Assembly: GCA_964423835.1 (NCBI GenBank)
Contig: CAYRGJ010000006.1
Span: 11,284 to 75,283 of the forward strand
Direction of reading: 5' to 3'
DNA from: an uncultured Dehalococcoidia bacterium
GTDB taxonomy: Bacteria > Chloroflexota > Dehalococcoidia > UBA2247 > RBG-13-53-26
Length of the DNA stretch: 64,000 nucleotides
Shown: piece after piece, positions 9,597 through 19,266 of the stretch
Layout of the letters: every line of letters begins with the position of its first letter
How positions within the stretch are numbered: position 1 is the stretch's first letter
Translations under genes and position numbers: made by a program
The notes under the pieces: generated by a model
Database searches by the model: none
What the model saw: only the letters and a program-made list of their open reading frames with translations
Told to the model about the DNA's origin: nothing

Positions 9597-10118
9597 CTAC
9601 TTCTCCCTCTTGACCAGCCGGAAATATCTGATGTCGAGGTAGTTCCCCTGGGGCTGGCTCCTGAAGACGGCCTTCAGCCGCACCCCTTCCTTCAGGGCCC
9701 TGAGGCCGGCTCCGGCGATGAGGTGGGTCAGTCCGGTATCGGCCCCGTCCAGCTTGATGATGCCGCAGGCGAAGGGGGCCTTTAACGGATGCAACTCCGG
9801 CTCGCGGTAGCGCACCACGGTGAAGGTCTGCAGCGTGCCCTCAGGGCCCACCTCCACCCAGTCGTCAAGCTCCCCGAAGCAGCGGTGGCAGTTCTTCTTG
9901 GGGGGCACCATGACCAGCCGGCACCTGGGGCAGCGGACGCCGTAGATCTTCTTGTTCCGCAGCCCGGCATAGAACCGGCTGGCCGTCGCCCCGGCCGCCC
10001 AGGTGTAGGGAACGCGGATCACCCCCTGATGGGTCAGCAGGCCGTCCTTCTCCCTGACCTCCAGAAGAGTCTCATTCTCCATTTCATCCTCCAGAACCGG
10101 TTTGGCGGCCTCCGGCAT
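9597..10118 (-). CDS. Zn-ribbon/OB-fold protein (DUF35 family)
   Basis: CPRCRLVMVPPKKNCHRCF ribbon. Only a 3-nt gap to the downstream thiolase-fold gene. Confidence 0.8.
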   Translation of the reverse strand: MPEAAKPVLEDEMENETLLEVREKDGLLTHQGVIRVPYTWAAGATASRFYAGLRNKKIYGVRCPRCRLVMVPPKKNCHRCFGELDDWVEVGPEGTLQTFTVVRYREPELHPLKAPFACGIIKLDGADTGLTHLIAGAGLRALKEGVRLKAVFRSQPQGNYLDIRYFRLVKREK

Positions 10119-10162
10119 GGCGTCACTCCAGCCGGCCGCCGGCCGGGCCGAGCCCGGCCGCC

Positions 10163-10612
10163 CTACGAGCCTTTCGCGCTGCGTCGCGCGATGAAGGTGC
10201 GCATGGTGCCCACCGCCACGTCCTCCCCCCTCTGGTTCTTGACCGTCTGCTTGAAGGTCACTACCCCGCCGCGCTCGTCCTTGTCCTCTTTTCCGGCCGT
10301 CTCAAACTCCACGTGGATAGTGTCCAGCAGCTTCACCGGGCTCACGAACCTCAGCTTGTCGATGCCGTAGAAGGCCACAATGGCGATCTGGGACAGGGGC
10401 AGGAGGCCCGACGCCACCGAGAGCACCAGAAAGCCGTGGGCAATCCTCTCCTTGAAGGGGCCCGTCCGGGCGTACTCGATATCCGTGTGCAGCGGGTGCC
10501 AGTCCCCGCTGAACGCGGAGAACATTACCACATCGGCCTCGGTAATGGTCCGGCCACGGGTGACGATCCGGTCACCGACCTGAAAATCCTCGAAATACCT
10601 CATCTCCGGCAT
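10163..10612 (-). CDS. MaoC-like (R)-specific enoyl-CoA hydratase (hot-dog fold)
   Basis: 149 aa; FSAFSGDWHPLHTD motif. Confidence 0.8.
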   Translation of the reverse strand: MPEMRYFEDFQVGDRIVTRGRTITEADVVMFSAFSGDWHPLHTDIEYARTGPFKERIAHGFLVLSVASGLLPLSQIAIVAFYGIDKLRFVSPVKLLDTIHVEFETAGKEDKDERGGVVTFKQTVKNQRGEDVAVGTMRTFIARRSAKGS

Positions 10613-10641
10613 ATCACCACTCCCGAATGCCCGGCCGGACC

Positions 10642-12219
10642 TCAGTGGACCCGGCGCTTCTCCCCGTGCCAGTACCTCTCGCGAAGCGCCTTCTTGTCAT
10701 GCTTGCCCACCGATGTAAGGGGGATCTGATCCACGAAGTCAACGGACTTGGGCGCCTTTATCGATCCCTTCCGGTCCTTGCACAGCTGGATGATCTCCTC
10801 GGCGGTGACCGCCTTGCCGGGGTGCCGGACCACCACGGCCTTCAGTGCTTCGCCCCAGCTCGGGTCCGGAACGCCGATGACCGCCACGTCGGCCACGGCG
10901 GGGTGCTCGTGAATGGTGGCCTCGATCTCCTTCGGATACACGTTCCAGCCGCCGCTTATCACCATGTCCTTCTTGCGGTCCAGGATGTAGACATAGCCTT
11001 CGCTGTCCCGGCGGCCGACGTCCCCGGTGTGCAGCCAGCCGTTCTTCATGGTCTTCGCCGTCTCCTCCGGCTTGTTCAGGTAGCCCAGCATCATGTTGGG
11101 GGCTTTCACCGCTATCTCCCCCTCGCCGCCGGGGGCCACTTCCCGGCCGTCATCGTCCACCAGGCGCAGCTGGCACATGAGGGTCGGCTTCCCGCACGAA
11201 GCCAGGCGGCCCTCGTGTTTCAGGGCCTCCACGTGGTCCTCCTTGCTGAGGGTGGTCAGGAACATGGGGGATTCGGTCTGGCCAAAGACCTGCACCAACA
11301 CCGGTCCGAAGGCGGCCATGGCCTGCCTCAGCCGCTCCGGGCCGATGGGAGACGCGCCATAGATGATGGTGTTGAGGCTGCCGCTGTCGAACTTCTTCAG
11401 GTCCGGGTAGTCCAGGATGCGGTAGAGCATGGTCGGCACCACGAAGGTGGCCGTGACCTTGTGTTTGGCCACTGTCTGCAGGAAGAGCTCGGGGGTGAAG
11501 CGGTCCAGTACCAGCTGGGTGCCGCCCCGCAGGCAGACCGGCAGCATGAACACGTTAGACGCGTGGGACATGGGGGCCACATGCAGAAAGGTGTGCCTCA
11601 CCCCCAGGCCGATTTCGGACATGGCCGTGAGGTACGTGTGCACCCGGTTGGCCGAAGCGTGAAGGCACCCCTTGGGGACCCCCGTCGTCCCGCCCGTGTA
11701 GTAGATGGAGATGACATCGTCCTCGCTCACGCTCACTCCGGGGTCCCCCGTCGACTCGGAGCCCACTACCTCCCAGAAATCGGCGCTGTGGGAAGGGACG
11801 GCGCTGCCCTGGGAGATCATCAGCGAGTGCTTCACCGTCCGCAGTTCCGGGCGCATCTGGTCGAAGTGCTCCGCATACCTGGCCCCGTAGATGACGGCGC
11901 CGGCGCCGGAGTCGTTGGCCATGTAGGCATTGTCGGCCGGGGACACGATCCCGTCGTGCAGAATGACCTGGGTCAGCCCGGCCTTGGCCAGGCCATAGTC
12001 CAGGATGATGCTCTCGATGCTGTTGGCAATCAGCGTGCCCACTCGGTCGCCCTTCCTCAACCCCATCTTCAGCAGGGCGTGGCCCAGCTGGCGCCCTCTA
12101 TCCCCCAGCTCCCGGTACGTCATCTGGCGGTCGTCTTTCACCGCAGCCACCCTGTCCGCATAGTGATCGATGGCCCAGTCATAGAGCTGGCCTATGGTGT
12201 ATCCCAGGTATCCCGCCAT
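10642..12219 (-). CDS. AMP-dependent acyl-CoA synthetase/ligase
   Basis: 525 aa; AMP-binding motif YTGGTTGVPKG; GWLHTGD; C-terminal conserved Lys region (GKHDKKALR). Confidence 0.9.
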   Translation of the reverse strand: MAGYLGYTIGQLYDWAIDHYADRVAAVKDDRQMTYRELGDRGRQLGHALLKMGLRKGDRVGTLIANSIESIILDYGLAKAGLTQVILHDGIVSPADNAYMANDSGAGAVIYGARYAEHFDQMRPELRTVKHSLMISQGSAVPSHSADFWEVVGSESTGDPGVSVSEDDVISIYYTGGTTGVPKGCLHASANRVHTYLTAMSEIGLGVRHTFLHVAPMSHASNVFMLPVCLRGGTQLVLDRFTPELFLQTVAKHKVTATFVVPTMLYRILDYPDLKKFDSGSLNTIIYGASPIGPERLRQAMAAFGPVLVQVFGQTESPMFLTTLSKEDHVEALKHEGRLASCGKPTLMCQLRLVDDDGREVAPGGEGEIAVKAPNMMLGYLNKPEETAKTMKNGWLHTGDVGRRDSEGYVYILDRKKDMVISGGWNVYPKEIEATIHEHPAVADVAVIGVPDPSWGEALKAVVVRHPGKAVTAEEIIQLCKDRKGSIKAPKSVDFVDQIPLTSVGKHDKKALRERYWHGEKRRVH

Positions 12220-12235
12220 ATCGACCCCTCCGGCC

Positions 12236-13396
12236 TCAGTCTCTCAGCAGCTCCCGGGCGATTATGATCTTGCGCACTTCGGTAGTCCCGGCGCCGATCT
12301 CGCCCAGCTTGGCATCCCTCAGCAGGCGGTTCACCGGGTAGTCCAGCATGTAGCTGTATCCGCCGTGGATCTGCACTGCATGCAGGGCCGCCTGCGTCGC
12401 CACCTGCCCGGCCAGGAGCAGGGCGGCGGCGGCCATCTTGTTGATCTCGGAGCCCTTGCCGCCCCGGTGGGACCCCTGGGCCAGGGTAGCCGCCTTAAAC
12501 ATGAGCAGCCTGGTGGACTCGATGCCCACGTACATATCCACCAGCTTCTCCTGGATCAGCTGGAACTGGCCGATGGGTTGCCCGAATTGCACCCGCTCCC
12601 TGGCGTATTTCAGGGACAGGTCCAGGGCCCTCTCCGCTATGCCCAGCGTCCACCCCGTCCCCGCCACCCTCTCGAAATCCAGCCCGCCCATCATCACTGC
12701 CACCCCCTGGTTTAGGCCGCCCAGGATGTTCTCTTCCGGAACGCGGTACTCGTCGAAGATGAGCTCGCCGGTGGGCGAGCCCCTCTCCCCCATCTTCTCC
12801 AGGTGCCGGGCGGTGAACGTGCCCGGATACCCCGGCTCGACGATGAAGGCGGTGATGCCCCTGGCCCCTTTCTCGGGCTCGGTCTTGGCGTAGAGTATCA
12901 TGGCCCCGGCCTCGGGCCCGTTGGTGATGAAGGTCTTGGTGCCACTCAGGAGGTAGTGGCTGCCTTCCCGTTTGGCCCTCATCTGGATGCCGACGGCATC
13001 GGACCCGGCGTTGGGCTCGGTCAGCGCCAGGGCCCCCAGCTTCTCGCCCCGGCATAGCGGCGGCAGGTACTTCTGCCGCTGCGCTTCAGTCCCGTTGCGG
13101 TACAGGTTGTCGCAGCACAGGTTGGAGTGCGCGTGGCAGGACAGGCTCAGCGCCGGGCAGATGCGACTCATCTGCTCCAGGCAGAGGCACTGGGCCAGGT
13201 AGTCCATGCCCGAGCCCCCATAGCTCTCGGGAACGCTGACCCCCATCCAGCCCAGGCCGCCCAGCTTCCGGAATATCCCGTCCGGCAGCCTGTCCTCTCT
13301 GTCGATCCGCTCCGCAATGGGATCGATCTCCCGCAGCATGAAGTCGTAGACCGACTCGGCCAGCATCTTGTGGGCTTCGCCCAGCTCGAAATCCAT
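12236..13396 (-). CDS. Acyl-CoA dehydrogenase
   Basis: ORF trimmed to ATG 13396, preceded by a GAGGAGAAGG RBS. ALTEPNAGSD and a C-terminal GTTEVRKIIIAREL signature. Confidence 0.9.
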   Translation of the reverse strand: MDFELGEAHKMLAESVYDFMLREIDPIAERIDREDRLPDGIFRKLGGLGWMGVSVPESYGGSGMDYLAQCLCLEQMSRICPALSLSCHAHSNLCCDNLYRNGTEAQRQKYLPPLCRGEKLGALALTEPNAGSDAVGIQMRAKREGSHYLLSGTKTFITNGPEAGAMILYAKTEPEKGARGITAFIVEPGYPGTFTARHLEKMGERGSPTGELIFDEYRVPEENILGGLNQGVAVMMGGLDFERVAGTGWTLGIAERALDLSLKYARERVQFGQPIGQFQLIQEKLVDMYVGIESTRLLMFKAATLAQGSHRGGKGSEINKMAAAALLLAGQVATQAALHAVQIHGGYSYMLDYPVNRLLRDAKLGEIGAGTTEVRKIIIARELLRD

Positions 13397-13456
13397 GCCT
13401 TCTCCTCTTCTCCGCGTCAAGCACCGACGAGGACGGAACGGCTCGTCGAGATGGAT

Positions 13457-14320
13457 TCACCCCTTGGCGGAGATGTTGTAGAACCCTTTGCCCACCTTCT
13501 TGCCCAGGTAGCCGGATTCCACCATCCTCCTCAGTATGGGAGCCGCCTTGTACCTCTCCCATCCGGTCTGCTGGTAAATGGCATCGGCCATGTCCAGCAC
13601 CACCTCGGCGCCCACCATGTCGATCATCTCGAATATGCCGATAGGCCAGTTGAACGCCAGCTTGCAGACCTTGTCGATATCGTCGGAGGTGGCCAAACCC
13701 TCCTGGAGCACCTTGAGGGCCTCATTGCCGGCGGCGTTGATGATCCGGTTGGCCACGAACCCGGGCGAGTCCTTGACCACCACGGGCTCCTTGCCCAGCG
13801 CCTGGCCGAAGCTGACGGCAGCGCTCACGGTCTCCTCGGAGGTGGTGAGGGAGCGGACTACCTCTATCAGCCGCATTACCGCCACAGGGTTGAAGAAATG
13901 CATGCCTACGAACTTCTGGGGGCGCCTGGTGGCCGAGCCCAGCAGGCTGATGGGAATCGACGACGTGTTACTGGCGATGACGGTCCTCTCCGGGCAGGCC
14001 TCATCCAGCTGTCGGAGCACCGGGAGCTTTACGTCGGCCCTCTCAAACACGGCCTCTATGACGAAGTCCACGTCCCTGGCCGCTTCCTTCATGTCCGTCG
14101 TCGGCTGCAGGCGGGCCAGCGCCTGGTCTGCATCCGCCTGCTGCACGGTCCCCTTCTTGACCATCCTGGCCAGGCTGCCGCTGATGCCGCCCAGGCCCCG
14201 ATCGAGGATCTCCTTCTTCACGTCCAGCAGTGCCACCTCGAAGCCAGACTGGGCCACTGCCTGGGCTATGCCGCTGCCCATAGTCCCGGCGCCGACAACG
14301 CACACCCTCTTTATGTCCAT
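13457..14320 (-). CDS. 3-hydroxyacyl-CoA (3-hydroxybutyryl-CoA-type) dehydrogenase
   Basis: ATG 14320 after AGGAGG. Rossmann motif VCVVGAGTMGSGIA. Confidence 0.9.
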   Translation of the reverse strand: MDIKRVCVVGAGTMGSGIAQAVAQSGFEVALLDVKKEILDRGLGGISGSLARMVKKGTVQQADADQALARLQPTTDMKEAARDVDFVIEAVFERADVKLPVLRQLDEACPERTVIASNTSSIPISLLGSATRRPQKFVGMHFFNPVAVMRLIEVVRSLTTSEETVSAAVSFGQALGKEPVVVKDSPGFVANRIINAAGNEALKVLQEGLATSDDIDKVCKLAFNWPIGIFEMIDMVGAEVVLDMADAIYQQTGWERYKAAPILRRMVESGYLGKKVGKGFYNISAKG

Positions 14321-14376
14321 TTGTACCCCTCCTTCCTGTTGCCCGACCATTCAGGGATGGCCGGGATCACCCCGGC

Positions 14377-15141
14377 TCACCGGCCGGTGAACTTGGGCTT
14401 CCGCTTCTCCATGAAGGCCTTCCGGGCCTCGGCCACGTCGTCAGTGGCAAAGACGGCCGGCATTATCCCCAGCCCGAAGTCCCAGTCCTCGTGGCACCGG
14501 CGATTGAGTATTCGCTTGATGGCCGCCTGGGCAAACGGCGCGCTGTTCTTCAGCCTGTCGCACACCCGGGCCACCTCCTCCCGGAACTTGTCATGAGGAA
14601 CCACCACATTGACCAGCCCAAAGCTGCGGGCTTCCTCGGCGGTTATGTCATTGGCCATAAGAGACAGGTACGAGATCCTGTGTTTCCCCATTACCTCCAG
14701 GCCCCGGGTCAGGGTCTCTATGGGGATGGCGCCGTGGTTGATCTCCCTGATGCTGAACCGGGCCCTGTCCGAGGCGATGACGATGTCGCCGGTCAGGGTT
14801 ATTCCGGCGCCGAAGCCGAAGGCAATGCCGTTGACCGCCATGACCACCGGCTTGGGGATGTACTCGAAGTGGTTGAAGACCCTGGCCACCAGCTGCATGA
14901 AGTGCATGCCGGCGCTGACCTTCTGGAAGTCAAAGCCGGAGACGTCGGCCCCGGCGGAGAAGACATCCTCCTGGCCCGTCAGGACCACCACCCGCATGTC
15001 GTCATCCTCCTCGATGTCAGTGAGCGCAGCCTCGAGGTCCCGGAACACCTGGTGGTTGGCCGCGTTCTTCTTCTGCATGCGGTCGAAGGTGATGGTGGCT
15101 ACCCTGTCTTCCTTCTCCAGCTTAATGGTTTCGTATCCCAT
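14377..15141 (-). CDS. Enoyl-CoA hydratase/isomerase (crotonase) family
   Basis: 254 aa; VATITFDR...VVLTG...FSAGADV crotonase pattern. Confidence 0.85.
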   Translation of the reverse strand: MGYETIKLEKEDRVATITFDRMQKKNAANHQVFRDLEAALTDIEEDDDMRVVVLTGQEDVFSAGADVSGFDFQKVSAGMHFMQLVARVFNHFEYIPKPVVMAVNGIAFGFGAGITLTGDIVIASDRARFSIREINHGAIPIETLTRGLEVMGKHRISYLSLMANDITAEEARSFGLVNVVVPHDKFREEVARVCDRLKNSAPFAQAAIKRILNRRCHEDWDFGLGIMPAVFATDDVAEARKAFMEKRKPKFTGR

Positions 15142-15262
15142 GGCCAGTCTCTCCCCCTATACTACCGAATCCGCGAGCACGCGCCTGGCGCGAGTACACC
15201 TGCCGCAACTCGCACGCTGTCTCCAGATGGCGCGCCATCGCCGGTACGCGGCGACGCGCGCA

Positions 15263-16129
15263 TCACCCCGCGCCCTGCAGGCCCAGGGCCTTGAGCTCCT
15301 TTTCCAGGATGCTCCTGAGGTAGGCCGGCCGGTCCTTTCCCGGCAGGAAATCGAAGGCCACCATGCCGTAGGGGTCGACCTTCTCCCTCAGGATCCTGAT
15401 CTGCTCCTCCGTGGGCTTCTCCGTCTCCGGCACGTCCCCGGCCGCCTGCAGCTCGAAGCCGGTGTTACTCACCACGTCGCTCACCGAGACGCCGGGATGC
15501 ACTGAGGCGATCCGGAAGGGCCGGTCTTCCTCCTCCTTGATCAGGACCGCCAGGTTGGTGATCAGCTTCAGTGGGCCCGGCCTCAGGCCGGCCTTAAGGC
15601 GCTCCTGGTTGCTGATCTTCCACCTGGTGCCCGTTATGAAGTCGACTTTGGCCACCAGGGTCCTCTTGTTATGGCTGGGGAAGTAGCCCAGCATCTTGCG
15701 ATGCAGCTTCACCACCTCAGGCGCCCCCGCTCCCCCGGGCCCCCGCAGCATGGGCTTCTGGTAGTCTCCCACCACCGACAGGTTCATGTTTCCCTGCCCG
15801 TCGATCTGGATGCTGGAGATCGGCTCCACATCTACGCCCACCCCCAGGTACAGCGAGTGGATGCACTCCGTCATGTTCCAGCGGGCCAGCCCGCCCCTGG
15901 TGGCGGCCGCCTCATACGTGCCAAAGGTGAGCTGGAACGGCCCGGCATCCACCGACGAGTAGGCCATGTACATGATGTTGGGGGCGTGGGTGACCTTGGC
16001 CAGAACGTAGCTGACAAAAGCCAGCGGGGTGAAAGAGCCCAGGATCAGGATGTCTCCATCCTCGATCTCGCGGGCCACGGTCACGCAAACCATCTCCGCC
16101 GGTGTGTAGTCGTCCGAGTAGCTGCTCAT
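15263..16129 (-). CDS. Family I CoA-transferase, subunit B-like
   Basis: EMVCVTVAREIEDGDILILG N-terminal pattern. 4-nt overlap with the upstream subunit A gene. Confidence 0.75.
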   Translation of the reverse strand: MSSYSDDYTPAEMVCVTVAREIEDGDILILGSFTPLAFVSYVLAKVTHAPNIMYMAYSSVDAGPFQLTFGTYEAAATRGGLARWNMTECIHSLYLGVGVDVEPISSIQIDGQGNMNLSVVGDYQKPMLRGPGGAGAPEVVKLHRKMLGYFPSHNKRTLVAKVDFITGTRWKISNQERLKAGLRPGPLKLITNLAVLIKEEEDRPFRIASVHPGVSVSDVVSNTGFELQAAGDVPETEKPTEEQIRILREKVDPYGMVAFDFLPGKDRPAYLRSILEKELKALGLQGAG

Positions 16130-17040
16130 AGTGACTTCACCTCCCGCGCCAGCTTCTTGAGCACGTTGGTCTGCCTCAGGCCGCCGATGGCCTCCAGGTA
16201 CTCATCCTCCGACTTCATCACGAACTGGTCCAGGTAGCTTCTGAAGGTCTCCGGTGTGGCCGCCATCTCCATGTACTTCATCATGTGCCAGGGGTCGCCG
16301 ACATAGCTGGGGACCAGGGATGTCGGGTGGGCCCCGAAGGGCTGCTCGATGACCATGTCCACGTAGAAGCGAGGTATCTTGGTCTTGAAGGGGTTCTCCC
16401 TCAACACCGCCGTCGGCACCACCTCCTCCACGGTCACGATGACCTTCTTTGCCGCCTTGGCCAGCTCCAGATCGGAGCCGGCCGTGCCCTCGATCTGGAT
16501 GGTGCCGGCGGCATCGGCACGTTGGGCATGGATAATGGCCACGTCAGGCCTGATGGCGGGTATGGCCACCATCTCCTCTCCGGTGAACGGGCATTTGATC
16601 TGCTGGTAGAAATCGGGCCTTCGCTTCATCAGGTCGGACCCCGAGGGGCCACGATAGGGCAGGAAGGGCACTCCCCTGCCGGTGGCCTCGAATCCGATGA
16701 TTATGGCCAGGCCGCTGATCTCGTCCAGCTTCAGATTGCCCTTCTCCACGGCCCGCCGGAAGTTGGGCGGCAAGCCGTAGGCCTCCATGCTGACAAAGGA
16801 GAAGAGCAGCTGGTCGGCACAGCCGGCGCCCACCAGCATGTCGATGTCGACGCTGCCCAGGATGGTCATCACGTTCAGGTGCTTCAGGCCTGACCGGATG
16901 ATCTGGCGCACCAGCGCCATGGGGTGGCTGGCCAGCCAGGCCCCCCCCACGGCGATGCTGTCGCCATCCTTTATGAGCTGGCCGATATCGGTCAGCCTGG
17001 CCACCTTGTTCTGGTTCAGAACCCTGTCTCTGGTACTCAT
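16126..17040 (-). CDS. Family I CoA-transferase, subunit A-like
   Basis: ATG 17040. LTDIGQLIKDGDSIAVGG pattern typical of glutaconate/3-oxoacid CoA-transferase A subunits. Confidence 0.75.
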   Translation of the reverse strand: MSTRDRVLNQNKVARLTDIGQLIKDGDSIAVGGAWLASHPMALVRQIIRSGLKHLNVMTILGSVDIDMLVGAGCADQLLFSFVSMEAYGLPPNFRRAVEKGNLKLDEISGLAIIIGFEATGRGVPFLPYRGPSGSDLMKRRPDFYQQIKCPFTGEEMVAIPAIRPDVAIIHAQRADAAGTIQIEGTAGSDLELAKAAKKVIVTVEEVVPTAVLRENPFKTKIPRFYVDMVIEQPFGAHPTSLVPSYVGDPWHMMKYMEMAATPETFRSYLDQFVMKSEDEYLEAIGGLRQTNVLKKLAREVKSL

Positions 17041-17170
17041 TGGCACCCCCCGCACTCAATAGTTGTAATCACCCCCGATTCAGTCGTTGCAACACGACTG
17101 GCATCGGCAAAGCACTATCACACCGAGAGCGACCACGTTGCCGGCTCAGCTTTGTGGCTTGGTCGTCCGC

Positions 17171-18376
17171 CTAGCGTCCGACTATGTTGATGCTGACCAC
17201 GTTCCTGACGGGTACCCCACCCAGATTATGCGTCAGCCCGAACTTTGGATCCTTGATCTGCCTGGCGCCGGCCTTGCCCTGGAGCTGCTTGTACATCTCG
17301 TACATCATGCGCAGCCCGGAGGCCCCTATGGGATGGCCGAAGCACTTCAGGCCGCCGTCTGGCTGGCACGGGATCTTCCCGCCCAGCTCGAAGAAGCCGG
17401 CGTCAATGTCTTCCTTGGCCTTGCCCCGCGGCGAGATGCCCAGGTCCTCGTAGGTGACCATCTCCGTGATGGAGAAGCAGTCATGGACCTCCATCATGCT
17501 GATCTCCTCGCGCGGGTTCTTGATGCCCGCCTCCTGGTAGGCCTTGGGGGCCGCTCGGCAGGTGGACTCCACGTGTATGAGGTCGTACTTGGTATAGGAC
17601 AGCTCCTCGCCGGTGCTGGCGGCGATCTGACAGGATTTGATGAATACCGGGTCACTCCGGAACTTCTTGGCCAGGTCCGCCCGGCAGACGATGGCCGCGG
17701 CAGAGCCGTCGCTGACACCGCAGCAGTCGAACAGGCCCAGGGGCCAGGCGATTATGGGGGCCGACATGACCTGCTCTACGGTAACCTCGCGGCGCAGGTG
17801 GGCCTTCTCATGCATGGCGCCATTGTGGTGGCTTTTCACCGATATCTTGGCCAGCGCCTTCTTGCCCTCCTCCGGGCTCAGCCCATAGTGCGAGAAGTAC
17901 CGGGTGGCCATCATGGCGAACATCCCGGGCGTGGTGTTGTTGGCCAGGACTACCCTCAGCTTGGTGCCCACTGCTATCACGTGTGAGAACTCGGGCAGCC
18001 CACCGTAGCCGGTGTCCTTCAGCTTCTCCACACCCAGCGCCAGAGCGATATCGCAAGCTCCCGAGGCTACGGCGTAGGTAGCTGCCCGCAACGCCTCCGA
18101 GCCGCTGGCGCACATGTTCTCCACCTTGGTGCAAGCTATGTACGGTAGCTTCAGGGCGGTGGACAGGGGGATGGCGCTGTGGCCGGTGCTCACCTCCGTC
18201 ATCTCGGGCCCGCCCTGCCAGGCCGCCTGAATGTCCTTCTTTTCAATGCCGGCATCCTGAATGGCCTCGGTGAAGGCCTCCACCATGAGGTCCTCAGGGC
18301 TCTTGTCCCACAGCTCACCAAACCTGGTGCAGCCCATGCCGATTATGGCTACCTTGTCTCTTATGCCTTCCGCCAT
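17171..18376 (-). CDS. Thiolase (SCP-x type) with intact catalytic residues
   Basis: VENMCASGSEALR (nucleophile Cys present) and GGLKCFGHPIGASG. Confidence 0.85.
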   Translation of the reverse strand: MAEGIRDKVAIIGMGCTRFGELWDKSPEDLMVEAFTEAIQDAGIEKKDIQAAWQGGPEMTEVSTGHSAIPLSTALKLPYIACTKVENMCASGSEALRAATYAVASGACDIALALGVEKLKDTGYGGLPEFSHVIAVGTKLRVVLANNTTPGMFAMMATRYFSHYGLSPEEGKKALAKISVKSHHNGAMHEKAHLRREVTVEQVMSAPIIAWPLGLFDCCGVSDGSAAAIVCRADLAKKFRSDPVFIKSCQIAASTGEELSYTKYDLIHVESTCRAAPKAYQEAGIKNPREEISMMEVHDCFSITEMVTYEDLGISPRGKAKEDIDAGFFELGGKIPCQPDGGLKCFGHPIGASGLRMMYEMYKQLQGKAGARQIKDPKFGLTHNLGGVPVRNVVSINIVGR

Positions 18377-18445
18377 TTTGCCTCCATCTACTTGTCGCTC
18401 ACTATTTCTCTCAGTACGGCACAGTTTGTGCCTACAGAAAGCTCC

Positions 18446-19264
18446 TCAGGATATGGTCAGCCCCTGATCCAGGTATATGTTCTGACCGGTCATGTTGTTG
18501 GCCGCATCCGAGGCCAGATAGACCGCCAGAAGGCCGATGTCCCTGGCCTCGCCCACCCTCCTCAAGGGCAGGCTCTTGATGGCCGCCTGCAGCAGATTGG
18601 GGTCCTGGAAGAACCCCTCCGACTGGTCCGTGCGAATGAGCCCGGGCCCGATGGCATTGACATTGATATTGTAGCGGGCCCATTCCAGGGCCAGGGTCCT
18701 GGTGAGCATGGCCACGGCCGCCTTGCTGGCGGCGTATGGCCCCCGGTGGGCCGCCACCTTGTCCGCATAGCCGGAGGTTATGTTTATGATCTTCCCCTGC
18801 TTCCGCTGCATCATGTGGGCCCCGACGATTCGGGTGCAGAGGAAGAGGGCCGTCAGGTTGACGTCCACCACCCGCCGCCACTCGTCCTCGCTGATGGGCG
18901 TGTTCAGGTCGGTGGTCTTGTCCGCGCCCAGGACCCTCTGCGCCGCGTCGGGCAGAAAGGGCTTGACCAGCACGATGCCCGCGTTGTTGACCAGGATATC
19001 GATCTTGCCCAGCTCCCGGATGGCTGCTTCCGCCATCCGGCTGAGGTCCTCGGCCCTGGTGATGTCCGTCGGGATGGGCACCCCTTTTCTTCCCAGGGCA
19101 CGCACCTCCCGGGCCACCTCCTCCAGCTCCAGGGCGCTTCGGGCCGCCACCGCCACGTCTGCGCCGGCCTCGGCCAGGGTCAGGGCGATCACTCTGCCGA
19201 TGCCCCGGCCTCCCCCGGTCACAATGGCCGACCTGCCGTCCAGGCTGAACTCCTTCAGTGCCAT
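18446..19264 (-). CDS. Short-chain dehydrogenase/reductase (SDR)
   Basis: ATG 19264 (MALKEF). TGGGRGIG, NNAG, YAASKAA motifs. Confidence 0.85.
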   Translation of the reverse strand: MALKEFSLDGRSAIVTGGGRGIGRVIALTLAEAGADVAVAARSALELEEVAREVRALGRKGVPIPTDITRAEDLSRMAEAAIRELGKIDILVNNAGIVLVKPFLPDAAQRVLGADKTTDLNTPISEDEWRRVVDVNLTALFLCTRIVGAHMMQRKQGKIINITSGYADKVAAHRGPYAASKAAVAMLTRTLALEWARYNINVNAIGPGLIRTDQSEGFFQDPNLLQAAIKSLPLRRVGEARDIGLLAVYLASDAANNMTGQNIYLDQGLTIS

Positions 19265-19266
19265 GG

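Noticed and set aside
10627-12267. 546-aa plus-strand ORF. Similar long ORFs lie at 40384..42492(-), 59057..61168(-), 53907..55676(+), 26497..28122(-), 42363..44198(-), 21267..23417(+) and 13127..14596(+)
   Set aside because: Each is exactly antisense to, or out of frame with, a confidently recognised gene: the acyl-CoA ligase, mnmG, dnaE, DUF255, the mutase, the amidohydrolase, the HMGCS-DUF35 fusion and the HBD gene. None has motifs, and all show biased RGPAL composition.
17078-17097. Small hairpin CAGTCGT-tgcaac-ACGACTG in the 130-nt gap between the thiolase and CoA-transferase A genes
   Set aside because: The stem is only 7 bp and there is no U-tract. It could be an mRNA processing or stability element, but it is indistinguishable from chance in this context.
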